DNA from: SAR202 cluster bacterium AC-409-J13_OGT_754m
GTDB taxonomy: Bacteria; Chloroflexota; Dehalococcoidia; Lucifugimonadales; GCA-2712585
Length of the DNA stretch: 64,000 bases
Assembly (NCBI GenBank): GCA_009391235.1
Contig: VEXD01000001.1
Span: 97,470 to 161,469, forward strand
Direction of reading: 5' to 3'
Shown one piece after another: positions 8,835 through 18,272 of this stretch (position 1 is its first letter; the number at the start of each line of letters is the position of its first letter). Below the pieces are notes generated by a model, which did not search any database, had not been told where the DNA came from, and saw only the letters and a list, made by a program, of their open reading frames with translations. The translations under genes and the position numbers were made by a program.

Positions 8835-11291
8835 ATGGGTAAGCCTAAAAAAGTGTTTCCCTACCCAGCAACTAAAATAGAAAAAAGATGGCAGTTAAAA
8901 TGGGAAGAAGATTTAATAAATAAAGTCTCTGATGACGATATCAGACCTAAATGGTATCAATTAACAATGTATCCATATCCATCAGGGGATCTGCATATTG
9001 GCCATTGGTATAATTATGCCCCGGCGGATACTCAAGCACGGTTTCGACGTATGCAAGGGTATAACGTGCTACAACCGATAGGATTTGATGCTTTTGGTCT
9101 TCCTGCAGAGAATGCAGCCATTAAACGTAACATTCATCCATATAAATGGACAATGGAAAACATCTCTAACATGAGGAACCAATTCAAATCACTCGGTCCA
9201 ATGTATGACTGGGATAGAGAGATTATATGCGCCCTCCCAGAATATTATCGTTGGAATCAATGGCTGTTTTTAAAACTATACGAAAACGGCCTTGCATACC
9301 GCAAGAAAGCACCGGTAGTTTGGTGTCCATCCTGTCAAACTGTATTAGCCAACGAGCAGGTCTTAAATGGGCTTTGTGAACGTTGTGAAACTCCAGTAAC
9401 CCGTCGCGACCTCCAACAGTGGTTCTTACATATTACGGCTTACAATGAACAGCTTTTGGACTTTAGTGGGCTTATTGACTGGCCTAAGAATATAATTGCT
9501 ATGCAGAGAAATTGGATAGGTAGGAGCGAAGGTGTAGATATAAGGTTTGATATATCTCATCTAGGTTTAGAAACCAAGAGTCTTCATACATTTACTACAC
9601 GGATTGATACCATTTATGGAGTAACTTTTATCGCCCTTGCACCTGAACATCCTATGATAAAAAATCTTACTTCAGACCAACAGATTCCTCTAGTTAACTC
9701 GTATATTGAACAAGCAAGAAAACAGACAGAAATAGAGAGACTTTCTACATCACGGGAAAAGACTGGAGTTTCTCTAGGAACATACGCAATCAATTATGTA
9801 AACGGCGAAAAGATCCCTCTATTCGTTGCTGATTACGTACTAACTACGTATGGAACTGGTATCGTAATGGGAGTTCCAGCACATGACCAACGAGATTTCC
9901 TTTTTGCGACAAAATATGGAATCGAAATCAAGCATGTTATTCGACCAGAGAATGATGCCCTTATGGAATTCTCAGAAGCATATTCTTCCGAAGGTATAAT
10001 GGTTAATTCTGAACTATTCGACAACTTACCAAGTAGCCAGGCTATTCATGATATAGCCAATTATATCGAAAGCAAAAACTGGGGTCATAGAACAATTTCA
10101 TACAGAATTCGCGATTGGCTGATATCCAGGCAACGATATTGGGGAACACCTATACCTATAGTTTATTGCACCAAATGTGGAACTGTTCCTGTACCTCTGA
10201 AAGAACTTCCAGTACTCCTTCCTCCGACTGCTGAATTCAAACCCACTGGGGAATCACCTCTCGCTACTAACTATGAGTTCATGAATACAAAATGTCCATC
10301 CTGTTCAAATCCAGCAAAAAGAGAGACGGACACTATGGACACGTTTGTTGATTCAGCATGGTATATGTTTCGATTCGCCAGTCCCAAATACGATGATGGC
10401 CCCTTCGATCCCTCTTTAATGGATAAATGGCTCCCCGTAGACCAATATACTGGTGGAGCTGAACACGCGGTTATGCATCTTCTTTATGCTCGCTTTTTCA
10501 CTAAGGCCCTGAAAAGTTTGGGGTTAGTCAAATTCAATGAACCATTCCTTCGGCTTTTCAATCAAGGCACAATCATTGCTGGCGGAACCAAAATGAGCAA
10601 GTCCAAGGGTAATGTGATAAATCCAGACGATTATGTTGAGAGTGTTGGAGCTGATATAGTAAGAATGTATCTTATGTTCCTAGGCCCTTGGGAACAAGGA
10701 GGAGATTGGACAGACACAGGAATTAATGGCATAAACAGATGGGTCAACCGTATCTGGGAATTAATGCAACGTGATCCCAGCGATTTACCCTCAAATGTTG
10801 AATCTCCAGAAACCAAAAGAAAACTACATCAAACCATTGAGAAGGTCCACAACCATCTGGATAAGTTCAAATTCAATACTGCAATTGCTTCTTTGATGGA
10901 ACTATCGAACCATATGAGTGTCGCCTGGGACAATAGCAATATAAGTCAGAAGATTTGGGACGAATGCGTGACTAAATTCCTACTTATGATTGCTCCTTTC
11001 GCCCCTCACCTATCTGAGGAACTTTGGGAACGATCAGGACATGCTTATAGCATCCATACACAACCATTTCCCGAGTGGGACTCGGAATTATCCGCAGAAG
11101 AATTAGTTACTGTTGTTGTCCAAATAAACGGAAAGCTCCGTGAACGCATCGAAATCCCTGTTTCTACTGAAGAATCAGATATAAAAGAAATGGCCTTATC
11201 AAGCCCTAAAATAAAACCTTACATAGACAGCAAGCAGCTGAAAAACCTAATATATGTCCCAAACAAGCTGATAAACATAGTTGTTGACTAA
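8835..11291 (+). CDS. leuS: Leucine--tRNA ligase
   Basis: HIGH-type motif (GDLHIGHWYNY), KMSKS (GTKMSKSKGN) and a CP1 editing insertion. ATG 8835 has GAGGA 7 nt upstream; the ORF is open from 8802. Confidence 0.95.
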   Translation: MGKPKKVFPYPATKIEKRWQLKWEEDLINKVSDDDIRPKWYQLTMYPYPSGDLHIGHWYNYAPADTQARFRRMQGYNVLQPIGFDAFGLPAENAAIKRNIHPYKWTMENISNMRNQFKSLGPMYDWDREIICALPEYYRWNQWLFLKLYENGLAYRKKAPVVWCPSCQTVLANEQVLNGLCERCETPVTRRDLQQWFLHITAYNEQLLDFSGLIDWPKNIIAMQRNWIGRSEGVDIRFDISHLGLETKSLHTFTTRIDTIYGVTFIALAPEHPMIKNLTSDQQIPLVNSYIEQARKQTEIERLSTSREKTGVSLGTYAINYVNGEKIPLFVADYVLTTYGTGIVMGVPAHDQRDFLFATKYGIEIKHVIRPENDALMEFSEAYSSEGIMVNSELFDNLPSSQAIHDIANYIESKNWGHRTISYRIRDWLISRQRYWGTPIPIVYCTKCGTVPVPLKELPVLLPPTAEFKPTGESPLATNYEFMNTKCPSCSNPAKRETDTMDTFVDSAWYMFRFASPKYDDGPFDPSLMDKWLPVDQYTGGAEHAVMHLLYARFFTKALKSLGLVKFNEPFLRLFNQGTIIAGGTKMSKSKGNVINPDDYVESVGADIVRMYLMFLGPWEQGGDWTDTGINGINRWVNRIWELMQRDPSDLPSNVESPETKRKLHQTIEKVHNHLDKFKFNTAIASLMELSNHMSVAWDNSNISQKIWDECVTKFLLMIAPFAPHLSEELWERSGHAYSIHTQPFPEWDSELSAEELVTVVVQINGKLRERIEIPVSTEESDIKEMALSSPKIKPYIDSKQLKNLIYVPNKLINIVVD

Positions 11292-11304
11292 ATCTTGGCA
11301 CCAA

Positions 11305-11823
11305 TCAGCCTTCGTTTAACTTCAATATTATGCTCCACTCTTCTGATGTTACAGGTTGTATTGACAATCTACTCCCACGACGTAGCAAGATCATTTCGGA
11401 TAACTCCGAAATCATCATCAAGGCTTCCCTAGTGATAGGTTGAATGAAACGTCGTTCAGCTTTTATATCCACCATGTACCATATAGGATTGCCAGGACTA
11501 CTTTTAGGATCGTAATGCTTAGAATTAATCTCCCACCCTGTGAAGTCAGGATACCCCGATCGCACAACTATGGCAGTCCCTATTATAGCAAGCGGATTAC
11601 TATTACTATGATAGAAAAACACTCCATCCCCTTCCTTGATCTCATCCCTCAACATATTCCGAGCCTGAAAATTGCGTACACCATCCCATTCAGCTATGCC
11701 ATCAGAAACCAGATCATCAAATGAATATTCTGAAGGCTCTGATTTAAATAACCAAAATTTTTTAATACCATTATTACCAGGCAATTTTAACTCCATACTC
11801 CAATTTCTTATCAATTTAACCAA
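11305..11823 (-). CDS. EVE (PUA-like) domain protein
   Basis: FWLFKSEPSEYSFDDL...WDGVRNFQARNMLRDEIKEGDGVFFYHSN is the typical EVE/DUF55 core. The true start may be the internal Met at 11796. Confidence 0.75.
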   Translation of the reverse strand: MVKLIRNWSMELKLPGNNGIKKFWLFKSEPSEYSFDDLVSDGIAEWDGVRNFQARNMLRDEIKEGDGVFFYHSNSNPLAIIGTAIVVRSGYPDFTGWEINSKHYDPKSSPGNPIWYMVDIKAERRFIQPITREALMMISELSEMILLRRGSRLSIQPVTSEEWSIILKLNEG

Positions 11824-11913
11824 TATAGATAGAACTGGTTGATTGTAAACCGCATTCTAAAATCGTGTCAATTTGAATAATATCCGCATACTCTAGAAAG
11901 CCCGAATTGGGTA

Positions 11914-12114
11914 TTAGAAAACAAACGAGGATAACGGGGATGTTCTTGTTGTTGGGAGTATTTCATTCGTAGCAGTAGGTTTGATTAGTGTCGCTGTAGT
12001 TCCTGTTTCAGGCTCTGCTGTAGAGTTCCTACAGGCTATGACGAATATTAATGCGACTATCGTTGCTATAGTTAGGATCCATGTTTTTTTAGTATATCGA
12101 AGATGATGGGCGAT
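11914..12114 (-). other. Start-less lipoprotein-like ORF (KKTWILTIATIVALIFVIAC...)
   Basis: A 66-codon open frame on the minus strand. It has a textbook n-region, h-region and lipobox (VIAC) but no in-frame ATG/GTG/TTG. An A7 run sits directly 5' of the signal peptide. Confidence 0.3.
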
Positions 12115-12210
12115 TTACTACTCGAATGCAGGTCCCTTGCCTGTAAATCGTACTGCCTTAGCAATATATAGTAAAATGCATTGTTGATGCACTTATAGAC
12201 CTATGCTATC

Positions 12211-12759
12211 ATGAGCCAGCGGTCAATTTTTCATATGGTAAAACGGCATGTGGACATCAGTATCCAAGATCCTCTCTTGTATCCAGTGTCTCGTTCTTGG
12301 CTAAGGAAAGCTGTTCTAACCACACTGGATATGGCCAGTCCGCGCACCTCGTACTCGGTTAGTTTGGCCATATGTGATGATGTGACCATAAAATTGCTTA
12401 ATAAAACATTTAGAGGAAAAGACGCAATAACTGATGTTTTGGCGTTTTCTAGCAAACACCAAGGGGCTTGGCAGGGAGATGTTAATTGCCCACAAGCATC
12501 ACCGCAAAATGAGATTTTCATCCTTCCGCCGAAACAGTTACCACCCCTTGGGGAAATCATAATATCTCATCCCCAAATGGTAAGACAGGCTAAGAAATCA
12601 AAAACTTCTATTGATAGGGAATTAGCTACTCTAATTATTCATGGAACCCTCCACCTTCTAGGGTATGATCACGAAGAACCAAAGCAACATTTATTGATGC
12701 AAACTAAATCAAATCAGGTAACCTTCAAACTTTTCGAGCATTGTCGAGAATTGAAATGA
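12211..12759 (+). CDS. ybeY: rRNA maturation endoribonuclease YbeY
   Basis: HGTLHLLGYDHE metal-binding motif (HxxxHxxGxxH). An alternative start is at ATG 12235. Confidence 0.85.
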   Translation: MSQRSIFHMVKRHVDISIQDPLLYPVSRSWLRKAVLTTLDMASPRTSYSVSLAICDDVTIKLLNKTFRGKDAITDVLAFSSKHQGAWQGDVNCPQASPQNEIFILPPKQLPPLGEIIISHPQMVRQAKKSKTSIDRELATLIIHGTLHLLGYDHEEPKQHLLMQTKSNQVTFKLFEHCRELK

Positions 12760-14354
12760 GTTCGCAGGTTCTTTATAGAAAATGGCGCCCCCAAATTTTT
12801 GCTGATATTGTCGGCCAAAACCACGTAATTGATACTTTAAGACAACAGGTTAGATTAAATAGGGTTGCACATGCCTATATGTTTAGTGGGCCTAGAGGGA
12901 CTGGAAAAACAACTGCTGCACGGATTTTATCAAAGGCACTGAACTGTAGTGGACAGATTGATGGAGAACCAGACAATATTTGTGGAGCATGCTCCAATAT
13001 AAATTCTGGGCGTTCTATGGATATCATTGAAATGGATGCAGCCAGCAACAGGGGAATCGATGAAATTCGCCACATTAGAGATAAGGTGCATTTTTCCCCG
13101 ACCGAAAGTAAATTCAAAGTGTACATTGTTGACGAAGCTCATATGCTAACTGAGGCCGCTTCAAATGCTTTTCTTAAGACTCTAGAAGAGCCACCACCAC
13201 ATGTGATATTTGTGCTATGTACTACCGAATCACACAAAATCCTCCCAACAATAGTATCAAGATGTCAGAGATTCAACTTTAGAAAACTACCGACTAATGT
13301 CATCATAGGAAGACTGCAATTTCTCTGCGCCAAGGAAACAATTGAAACATCTCCCAAAGTTTTAGAATATTTAGCTAAAACCTCGAATGGTAGTTTAAGA
13401 GATGCTGAAAATCTTTTGGAACAGTTAACCGTATCCTTTGGCGCAAATCCATCTATTCAACAAGTTCACGATTTGCTAGGAATTGAATATTCGGTAGAAG
13501 CTAATCAAATAGTGGCAAAGATGTTGACTGGCCACACCGCTGAAGCGCTCTCAGCTGTGGGGAGAGCTTTCTATAATGGGGCAGACATGCGACTAGTACA
13601 TAGAAACGTAGTGAACATACTTAGGAATGTCCTTATGATTTGGTCTGGTGCGGAAGAAGTTCTGGAAATCGAACAGGAAGAGTTACTAAGTTTGCACAAA
13701 ATGGCTAAAGCAGTATCACCAACACATTTGATGAACTGCATAAAGGCAATGAGTCAACCAGAAATCAAAACTGATGAAATCTCTGCTTTACCATTGGAGT
13801 TGGCCATTATTACAGCAACACTAGAAAGTCCTATTGTAACCACTAATTTGATAACACCCTCTGATAACAAAAATGTGGGAGAACGGCCAACTCAACACCT
13901 CCAAGACAAAATCTCTAACACGCATAAAACCTTTGAAGTTCCAGATGATGAATCTCTCAATTCTGAGAAGTCTAGCTTCACAGAAAAACAGATCCCCACA
14001 GCAGTCTGGGACAATATCGTTCAAGTCCTCAGAAGACACAAAGGTAAGCGATTTTTCCTAGGTGCATTACTAAGAGATTGCAAGTTACCATTTTTTGATG
14101 ACAATACGATAATGTTCCCTTTTAGCCATCGTTCAAACTTAGAAAGAATGGAAACAGAATTAGATGATATAAGCAACCAAGAAGCTGTAGATAATGCTAT
14201 TAAGGAATTCTTAGGAAGTAATCATCCAATTAAATTGATACTTCAAGAAGACCCATCCAATAGTGGTCAATCTGCCTCCACCACTAGCCCTTTAGTTAGA
14301 GCAATCAGAAATATGGGAGGCCGGATTTTAGAAGAGAGGAAATTTAATGAATAA
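12756..14354 (+). CDS. dnaX: DNA polymerase III subunit gamma/tau
   Basis: Walker A GPRGTGKTT, Walker B VYIVDEAHML and sensor VSRCQRF. ATG 12756 overlaps the ybeY stop as ATGA; the ORF track starts at TTG 12741. Confidence 0.9.
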   Translation: MSSQVLYRKWRPQIFADIVGQNHVIDTLRQQVRLNRVAHAYMFSGPRGTGKTTAARILSKALNCSGQIDGEPDNICGACSNINSGRSMDIIEMDAASNRGIDEIRHIRDKVHFSPTESKFKVYIVDEAHMLTEAASNAFLKTLEEPPPHVIFVLCTTESHKILPTIVSRCQRFNFRKLPTNVIIGRLQFLCAKETIETSPKVLEYLAKTSNGSLRDAENLLEQLTVSFGANPSIQQVHDLLGIEYSVEANQIVAKMLTGHTAEALSAVGRAFYNGADMRLVHRNVVNILRNVLMIWSGAEEVLEIEQEELLSLHKMAKAVSPTHLMNCIKAMSQPEIKTDEISALPLELAIITATLESPIVTTNLITPSDNKNVGERPTQHLQDKISNTHKTFEVPDDESLNSEKSSFTEKQIPTAVWDNIVQVLRRHKGKRFFLGALLRDCKLPFFDDNTIMFPFSHRSNLERMETELDDISNQEAVDNAIKEFLGSNHPIKLILQEDPSNSGQSASTTSPLVRAIRNMGGRILEERKFNE

Positions 14355-14646
14355 GAATTTTATTAAACAGGCACAACAACTCCAGGCCAAACTACAGAAA
14401 GCACAAGTTGAACTTGAAGAGTCTGTTATAGAAGGCACCTCTGGTGGAGGGGCAGTGACTATAAAAATGTCTGGGAAGCAAATTGTAGAATCAGTCACAA
14501 TATTAGAAGATGCAATTGAGGATATAGAACTCCTTCAAGACATGATTGTGGCAGCATTTAACGATGCTTCAAGCAAAGTACAGGAACTTACGAATCAAAA
14601 ACTTGGCGGGCTAACTGGAGGAATGAAATTACCTGGACTATTCTAA
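14347..14646 (+). CDS. ybaB: Nucleoid-associated protein YbaB/EbfC
   Basis: 99 aa with MQ-rich N-terminal helix, GTSGGGAVTIKMSG core and C-terminal GMKLPGLF. It overlaps the dnaX stop by 8 nt. Confidence 0.85.
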   Translation: MNKNFIKQAQQLQAKLQKAQVELEESVIEGTSGGGAVTIKMSGKQIVESVTILEDAIEDIELLQDMIVAAFNDASSKVQELTNQKLGGLTGGMKLPGLF

Positions 14647-14703
14647 CAAAACAGTAATTTTAACAACAACTCCCGTTCAATTCTCAAAGTTATATGGCTC
14701 ATA

Positions 14704-15666
14704 CTACTGGCCGGCAATTGGCAATGTCCTTCTGGCATATGCGTTTTTAATAGCAAATTTTATATCTTTTATTCCCAATCCATACTTCTCTATCAATTCA
14801 TCAGGTTTTCCTGATTCGGTATATCCTTTTAGCGCTACCATTTCTAAAGGTACTGGAAAAAATTTCCCAGTAACCTGAGCCACTAAACTGCCCAGTCCAC
14901 CGTGAATATAATGTTCTTCTACAGTTACTATAGCCCCAGTTTCCTTAGCAGACAAAGTGATAATTTCCTCATCAAGCGGACTTAGTGTATGCATATTAAT
15001 AACGCGACAATCGATTCCCTCTGTTGCTATCTCCTGAGCAGCTATCAGGCTATTCCCAACCATCGAACCAGTAGCAAACAACGTAACTCCAGTTCCGTTA
15101 CGTATCAGATCTCCCTTCCCAAAAGAAAAAACATAATCGTCATCGTGAACTACCGGAATGGCTGTCCTATACAAACGGATGTAAACAGGACCATCCATTT
15201 CTGATGCTGCCTTGACCGCCTGTATAGTCTCTATAGAATCGGAAGGAGCAATCACGTTAAACCCGGGCAAGGAGCATGCTAGCGATATGTCTTCTATGCT
15301 ATGAGCGGACATGCCATCTTCACCTGTAATAATCCCTGCATGTGTGCAAACTATCTTAACATTAAGCCTAGGCTGAGCAATATTCAATCGGAGTTGATCG
15401 AATGGCCTACACATACCAAAAACGGCGAAGGTGCTTACAAAAGGTATCTTGCCAGATGCTGCTAACCCCGCTGCAACACTCATAATATTCTGTTCGGCAG
15501 GACCAAAATCAAAAAACCGATCTGGAAACTCTTGGGCAAAAAGGTGAGTGAAAGTTGATTTATTTAGATCCCCACCCAGAACAACAACATCGGGATTTGA
15601 CCTACCTATATCTAGTAATGTCTTACCATAAGCTTCTCTAGTTGACGCCATTGGAAAAGAAGTCAT
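14704..15666 (-). CDS. Transketolase, C-terminal (pyrimidine-binding) subunit
   Basis: 320 aa with the Pyr and C-terminal transketolase domains (FGPAEQNIMSVAAGLA, VSTFAVF). It lies directly downstream of the N-terminal subunit gene. Confidence 0.85.
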   Translation of the reverse strand: MTSFPMASTREAYGKTLLDIGRSNPDVVVLGGDLNKSTFTHLFAQEFPDRFFDFGPAEQNIMSVAAGLAASGKIPFVSTFAVFGMCRPFDQLRLNIAQPRLNVKIVCTHAGIITGEDGMSAHSIEDISLACSLPGFNVIAPSDSIETIQAVKAASEMDGPVYIRLYRTAIPVVHDDDYVFSFGKGDLIRNGTGVTLFATGSMVGNSLIAAQEIATEGIDCRVINMHTLSPLDEEIITLSAKETGAIVTVEEHYIHGGLGSLVAQVTGKFFPVPLEMVALKGYTESGKPDELIEKYGLGIKDIKFAIKNAYARRTLPIAGQ

Positions 15667-15678
15667 AGCACTATCTCC

Positions 15679-16569
15679 TTATTCCAGTTCAAGCATCGCT
15701 TTATTGTAATCTTCCTCGGTGGGAGGTGATGCATGAAAAGCGGGATTATTTTCCATAAAACTAATCCCCTTTCCTTTTACCGTATCCGCTATTATCACTG
15801 TAGGTTGGTTTGGATGCTTTCTAGCACTATCAAAAGCATTAATCAGACTAGCAAAATCATGGCCGTCAGTTTTTAACACATTCCATCCAAAAGCCTTCCA
15901 TTTATCTGCAAACGGTTCAAGTTTCATAACTTCATCGGTAAATCTATCATTTTGAATTCGGTTACGGTCTACTATAACTGTCAAGTTGTCCAATCCATAA
16001 TGAGCAGCTGCCATAGCCCCTTCCCATATCTGCCCTTCGTCGCACTCACCATCTCCTAACAGCACATAGGTATGATATGAATCAGAATCAATCCTTGCAG
16101 AAAGAGCACATCCTAATCCAAAAGACAAACCTTGTCCTAATGACCCACCACTCATCTCTACACCTGGAGTTTTAATATGGGCATGCCCTTGCAAACGACT
16201 ATTAATCTTACGAAATGTGTCTAATTCATCTTCTAAAAAAAACCCTTTCTGGGCCAACACAGCATACAAACCTGGGCAAGCATGTGATTTACTTAGAATG
16301 AAACGATCCCTAGATGCCCAGCCAGGGTTTTGGGGATCTATCCTCAAAACCCTAAAATAAAGAGAGGCAAGGATTTCAATTTCAGACAATGACCCCCCTT
16401 GATGGCCACTGCCGGCTACGAAGATCATTCTCAGCACTTTGCGCCTCAGTTCTTTGGCAATACCCTCCAATTCATCTATGCTAGGAGGATAAGAGGCAGC
16501 CACAGAAACCCCAGAAGGTTCTGTGCTAGAAGCATTTTTCTTTATCGAGGGTGCGGAGTCAGGGCCCAC
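15679..16569 (-). CDS. Transketolase, N-terminal (TPP-binding) subunit
   Basis: GSGHQGGSLS and GDGECDEGQIWEGAM thiamine-diphosphate-binding motifs. This is the split-transketolase arrangement. Confidence 0.85.
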   Translation of the reverse strand: MGPDSAPSIKKNASSTEPSGVSVAASYPPSIDELEGIAKELRRKVLRMIFVAGSGHQGGSLSEIEILASLYFRVLRIDPQNPGWASRDRFILSKSHACPGLYAVLAQKGFFLEDELDTFRKINSRLQGHAHIKTPGVEMSGGSLGQGLSFGLGCALSARIDSDSYHTYVLLGDGECDEGQIWEGAMAAAHYGLDNLTVIVDRNRIQNDRFTDEVMKLEPFADKWKAFGWNVLKTDGHDFASLINAFDSARKHPNQPTVIIADTVKGKGISFMENNPAFHASPPTEEDYNKAMLELE

Positions 16570-16687
16570 TTATTTATCCCTCTCTCACTATTGGTGCAAC
16601 GTCATCGTGCCAGATTATAGCAGCACCCCGATGTAAGTGTCCACCAAGCTATGGCAAGGACTAACAAAACTTCTCTATAATGAATAC

Positions 16688-17527
16688 ATGGTCATAGATT
16701 TCCATACACATATCTTCCCTCCTCGCATTATAGAATTACGAAAAGAGATTCTGGAAACAGATCTGACCTTTAAAACTATGTACTCCAATGATCCAAGCTC
16801 CATGATTACCGCCCCACAACTTATTGAATCAATGAACCATGCTAAAATCGATTACTCGGTGTTGTTGGGTATTGGGTGGAGCAATATAGATCTGGCTAAA
16901 GAATCTAACAACTACATTCTGGAATCCGCATCCGAACAGAATCGATTCGTACCATTCTGTTCTGTTAATCCTCTTTGGGGAAAGGATGCCGTAAAAGAAA
17001 TTGTTAGATGCGCCAAGCTTGGAGCTAGAGGAGTAGGAGAACTACACCCAGACACCCAAGGGTTCGATATATGCAATCATAAACTTATGGAACCTATTAT
17101 GACTGCTGCCCAAAGCTTAGGTATGATAGTACTTACTCATGCATCAGAACCTGTGGGTCATCCCTATCCTGGGAAAGGACAAACTACTCCCGATAAACTA
17201 TTACGTTTCATACAAAACTTCCCATCCAATTTAATTGTTTGCGCTCACTGGGGTGGAGGTCTGCCATTCTATTCTTTAATGCCTGAAGTAAAAAAATTAA
17301 TGGCAAATACCTATTTCGATTCTGCTGCGTCGCCCTTCCTATATGACCCATCCATATTCCAAGTAATACCCACCCTAATCTCATCTAGTCAAATTCTGTT
17401 TGGGACAGATTATCCTCTGTTATCACAACTGCGAGTGCTCTCACAATTACAAGATAGTAGTTTGTCTACTAAAGATAAAAAACTCATCATGGGAGGGAAC
17501 GCAAGAAACCTATTAAATTTACAATAA
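16688..17527 (+). CDS. Amidohydrolase-family metal-dependent hydrolase (TIM barrel)
   Basis: MVIDFHTHIFPP N-terminus (HxH metal ligands) and later GTDYP. I placed the start at ATG 16688, 6 nt after a TATAAT box; the ORF is open from GTG 16637. Confidence 0.65.
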   Translation: MVIDFHTHIFPPRIIELRKEILETDLTFKTMYSNDPSSMITAPQLIESMNHAKIDYSVLLGIGWSNIDLAKESNNYILESASEQNRFVPFCSVNPLWGKDAVKEIVRCAKLGARGVGELHPDTQGFDICNHKLMEPIMTAAQSLGMIVLTHASEPVGHPYPGKGQTTPDKLLRFIQNFPSNLIVCAHWGGGLPFYSLMPEVKKLMANTYFDSAASPFLYDPSIFQVIPTLISSSQILFGTDYPLLSQLRVLSQLQDSSLSTKDKKLIMGGNARNLLNLQ

Positions 17528-17587
17528 ACTTATTAGGTGCCCTACACAGCAATCTACCTTAACCTATCAAATGCCTTGTGCTTATTC

Positions 17588-18178
17588 ATGCCTAAAACCT
17601 TACGTCTATTTATATCTCTCAATATACAAGAATCAATTCGTAATGCCTTAAATGACTGTATATCCAATATTCAGAAAAAGGGCTTCGACGAAATAAAGTG
17701 GGTCGAGTCACAAAGAATTCATTTAACACTTCATTTTCTTGGTGATGTCCATAAATCACTTGTATACGGCATAAACACACAGTTAAATCAAATAGCCAAT
17801 AGCTTGCAACCATTCATAGTTACATTATCCGATATTGGAGTATTTCCTCATATTGAAAACCCCAGGATAGTCTGGGTAGGGATAAAACAAAATTCCAAAA
17901 CACTCAATAAGCTACGTAATCTAACTGAATCAAAATTATCAACACTCGGAATAGTCACCCCAGAAAAACCCTACAAACCTCACCTTACATTAGGTCGAGT
18001 AAATAGAAATTGCAGGATCAGCAAAAAGCGTTTAACAGAATTGATGCAGCAACTGAAATGTGGGAACTTGCAAATGGCATGGAAAATCCAGGAACTGCAC
18101 TTAATACATAGCTGTCCAACATCTGAAGGATTCGAGTATCACAATATTGGTGTATCCAGATTAGGGCTCAAGCAATAA
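17588..18178 (+). CDS. thpR: RNA 2',3'-cyclic phosphodiesterase (2H family)
   Basis: Two HxTx motifs (HLTLHFLG and HLTLGRV) and an MPKTLRLFISL N-terminus typical of ThpR/LigT. Confidence 0.8.
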   Translation: MPKTLRLFISLNIQESIRNALNDCISNIQKKGFDEIKWVESQRIHLTLHFLGDVHKSLVYGINTQLNQIANSLQPFIVTLSDIGVFPHIENPRIVWVGIKQNSKTLNKLRNLTESKLSTLGIVTPEKPYKPHLTLGRVNRNCRISKKRLTELMQQLKCGNLQMAWKIQELHLIHSCPTSEGFEYHNIGVSRLGLKQ

Positions 18179-18272
18179 CACGATTTGAAATAAAATAGGA
18201 TATGAACTTCATGGTTTAGTTGGTTGCACAGAATAGATATTTCAGAGAACCACTCTTGCGCTTTAAATTTAG

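Noticed and set aside
12756-14354. Programmed -1 frameshift site in dnaX (gamma/tau).
   Set aside because: No A AAA AAG-type heptamer or A6+ run was seen inside the gene when scanning. The longest A runs are A5.
12756-14646. The dnaX-ybaB pair lacks the recR gene that usually follows.
   Set aside because: recR is simply likely to be elsewhere. Operon composition varies between lineages, and nothing in the sequence suggests decay at the ybaB 3' end.
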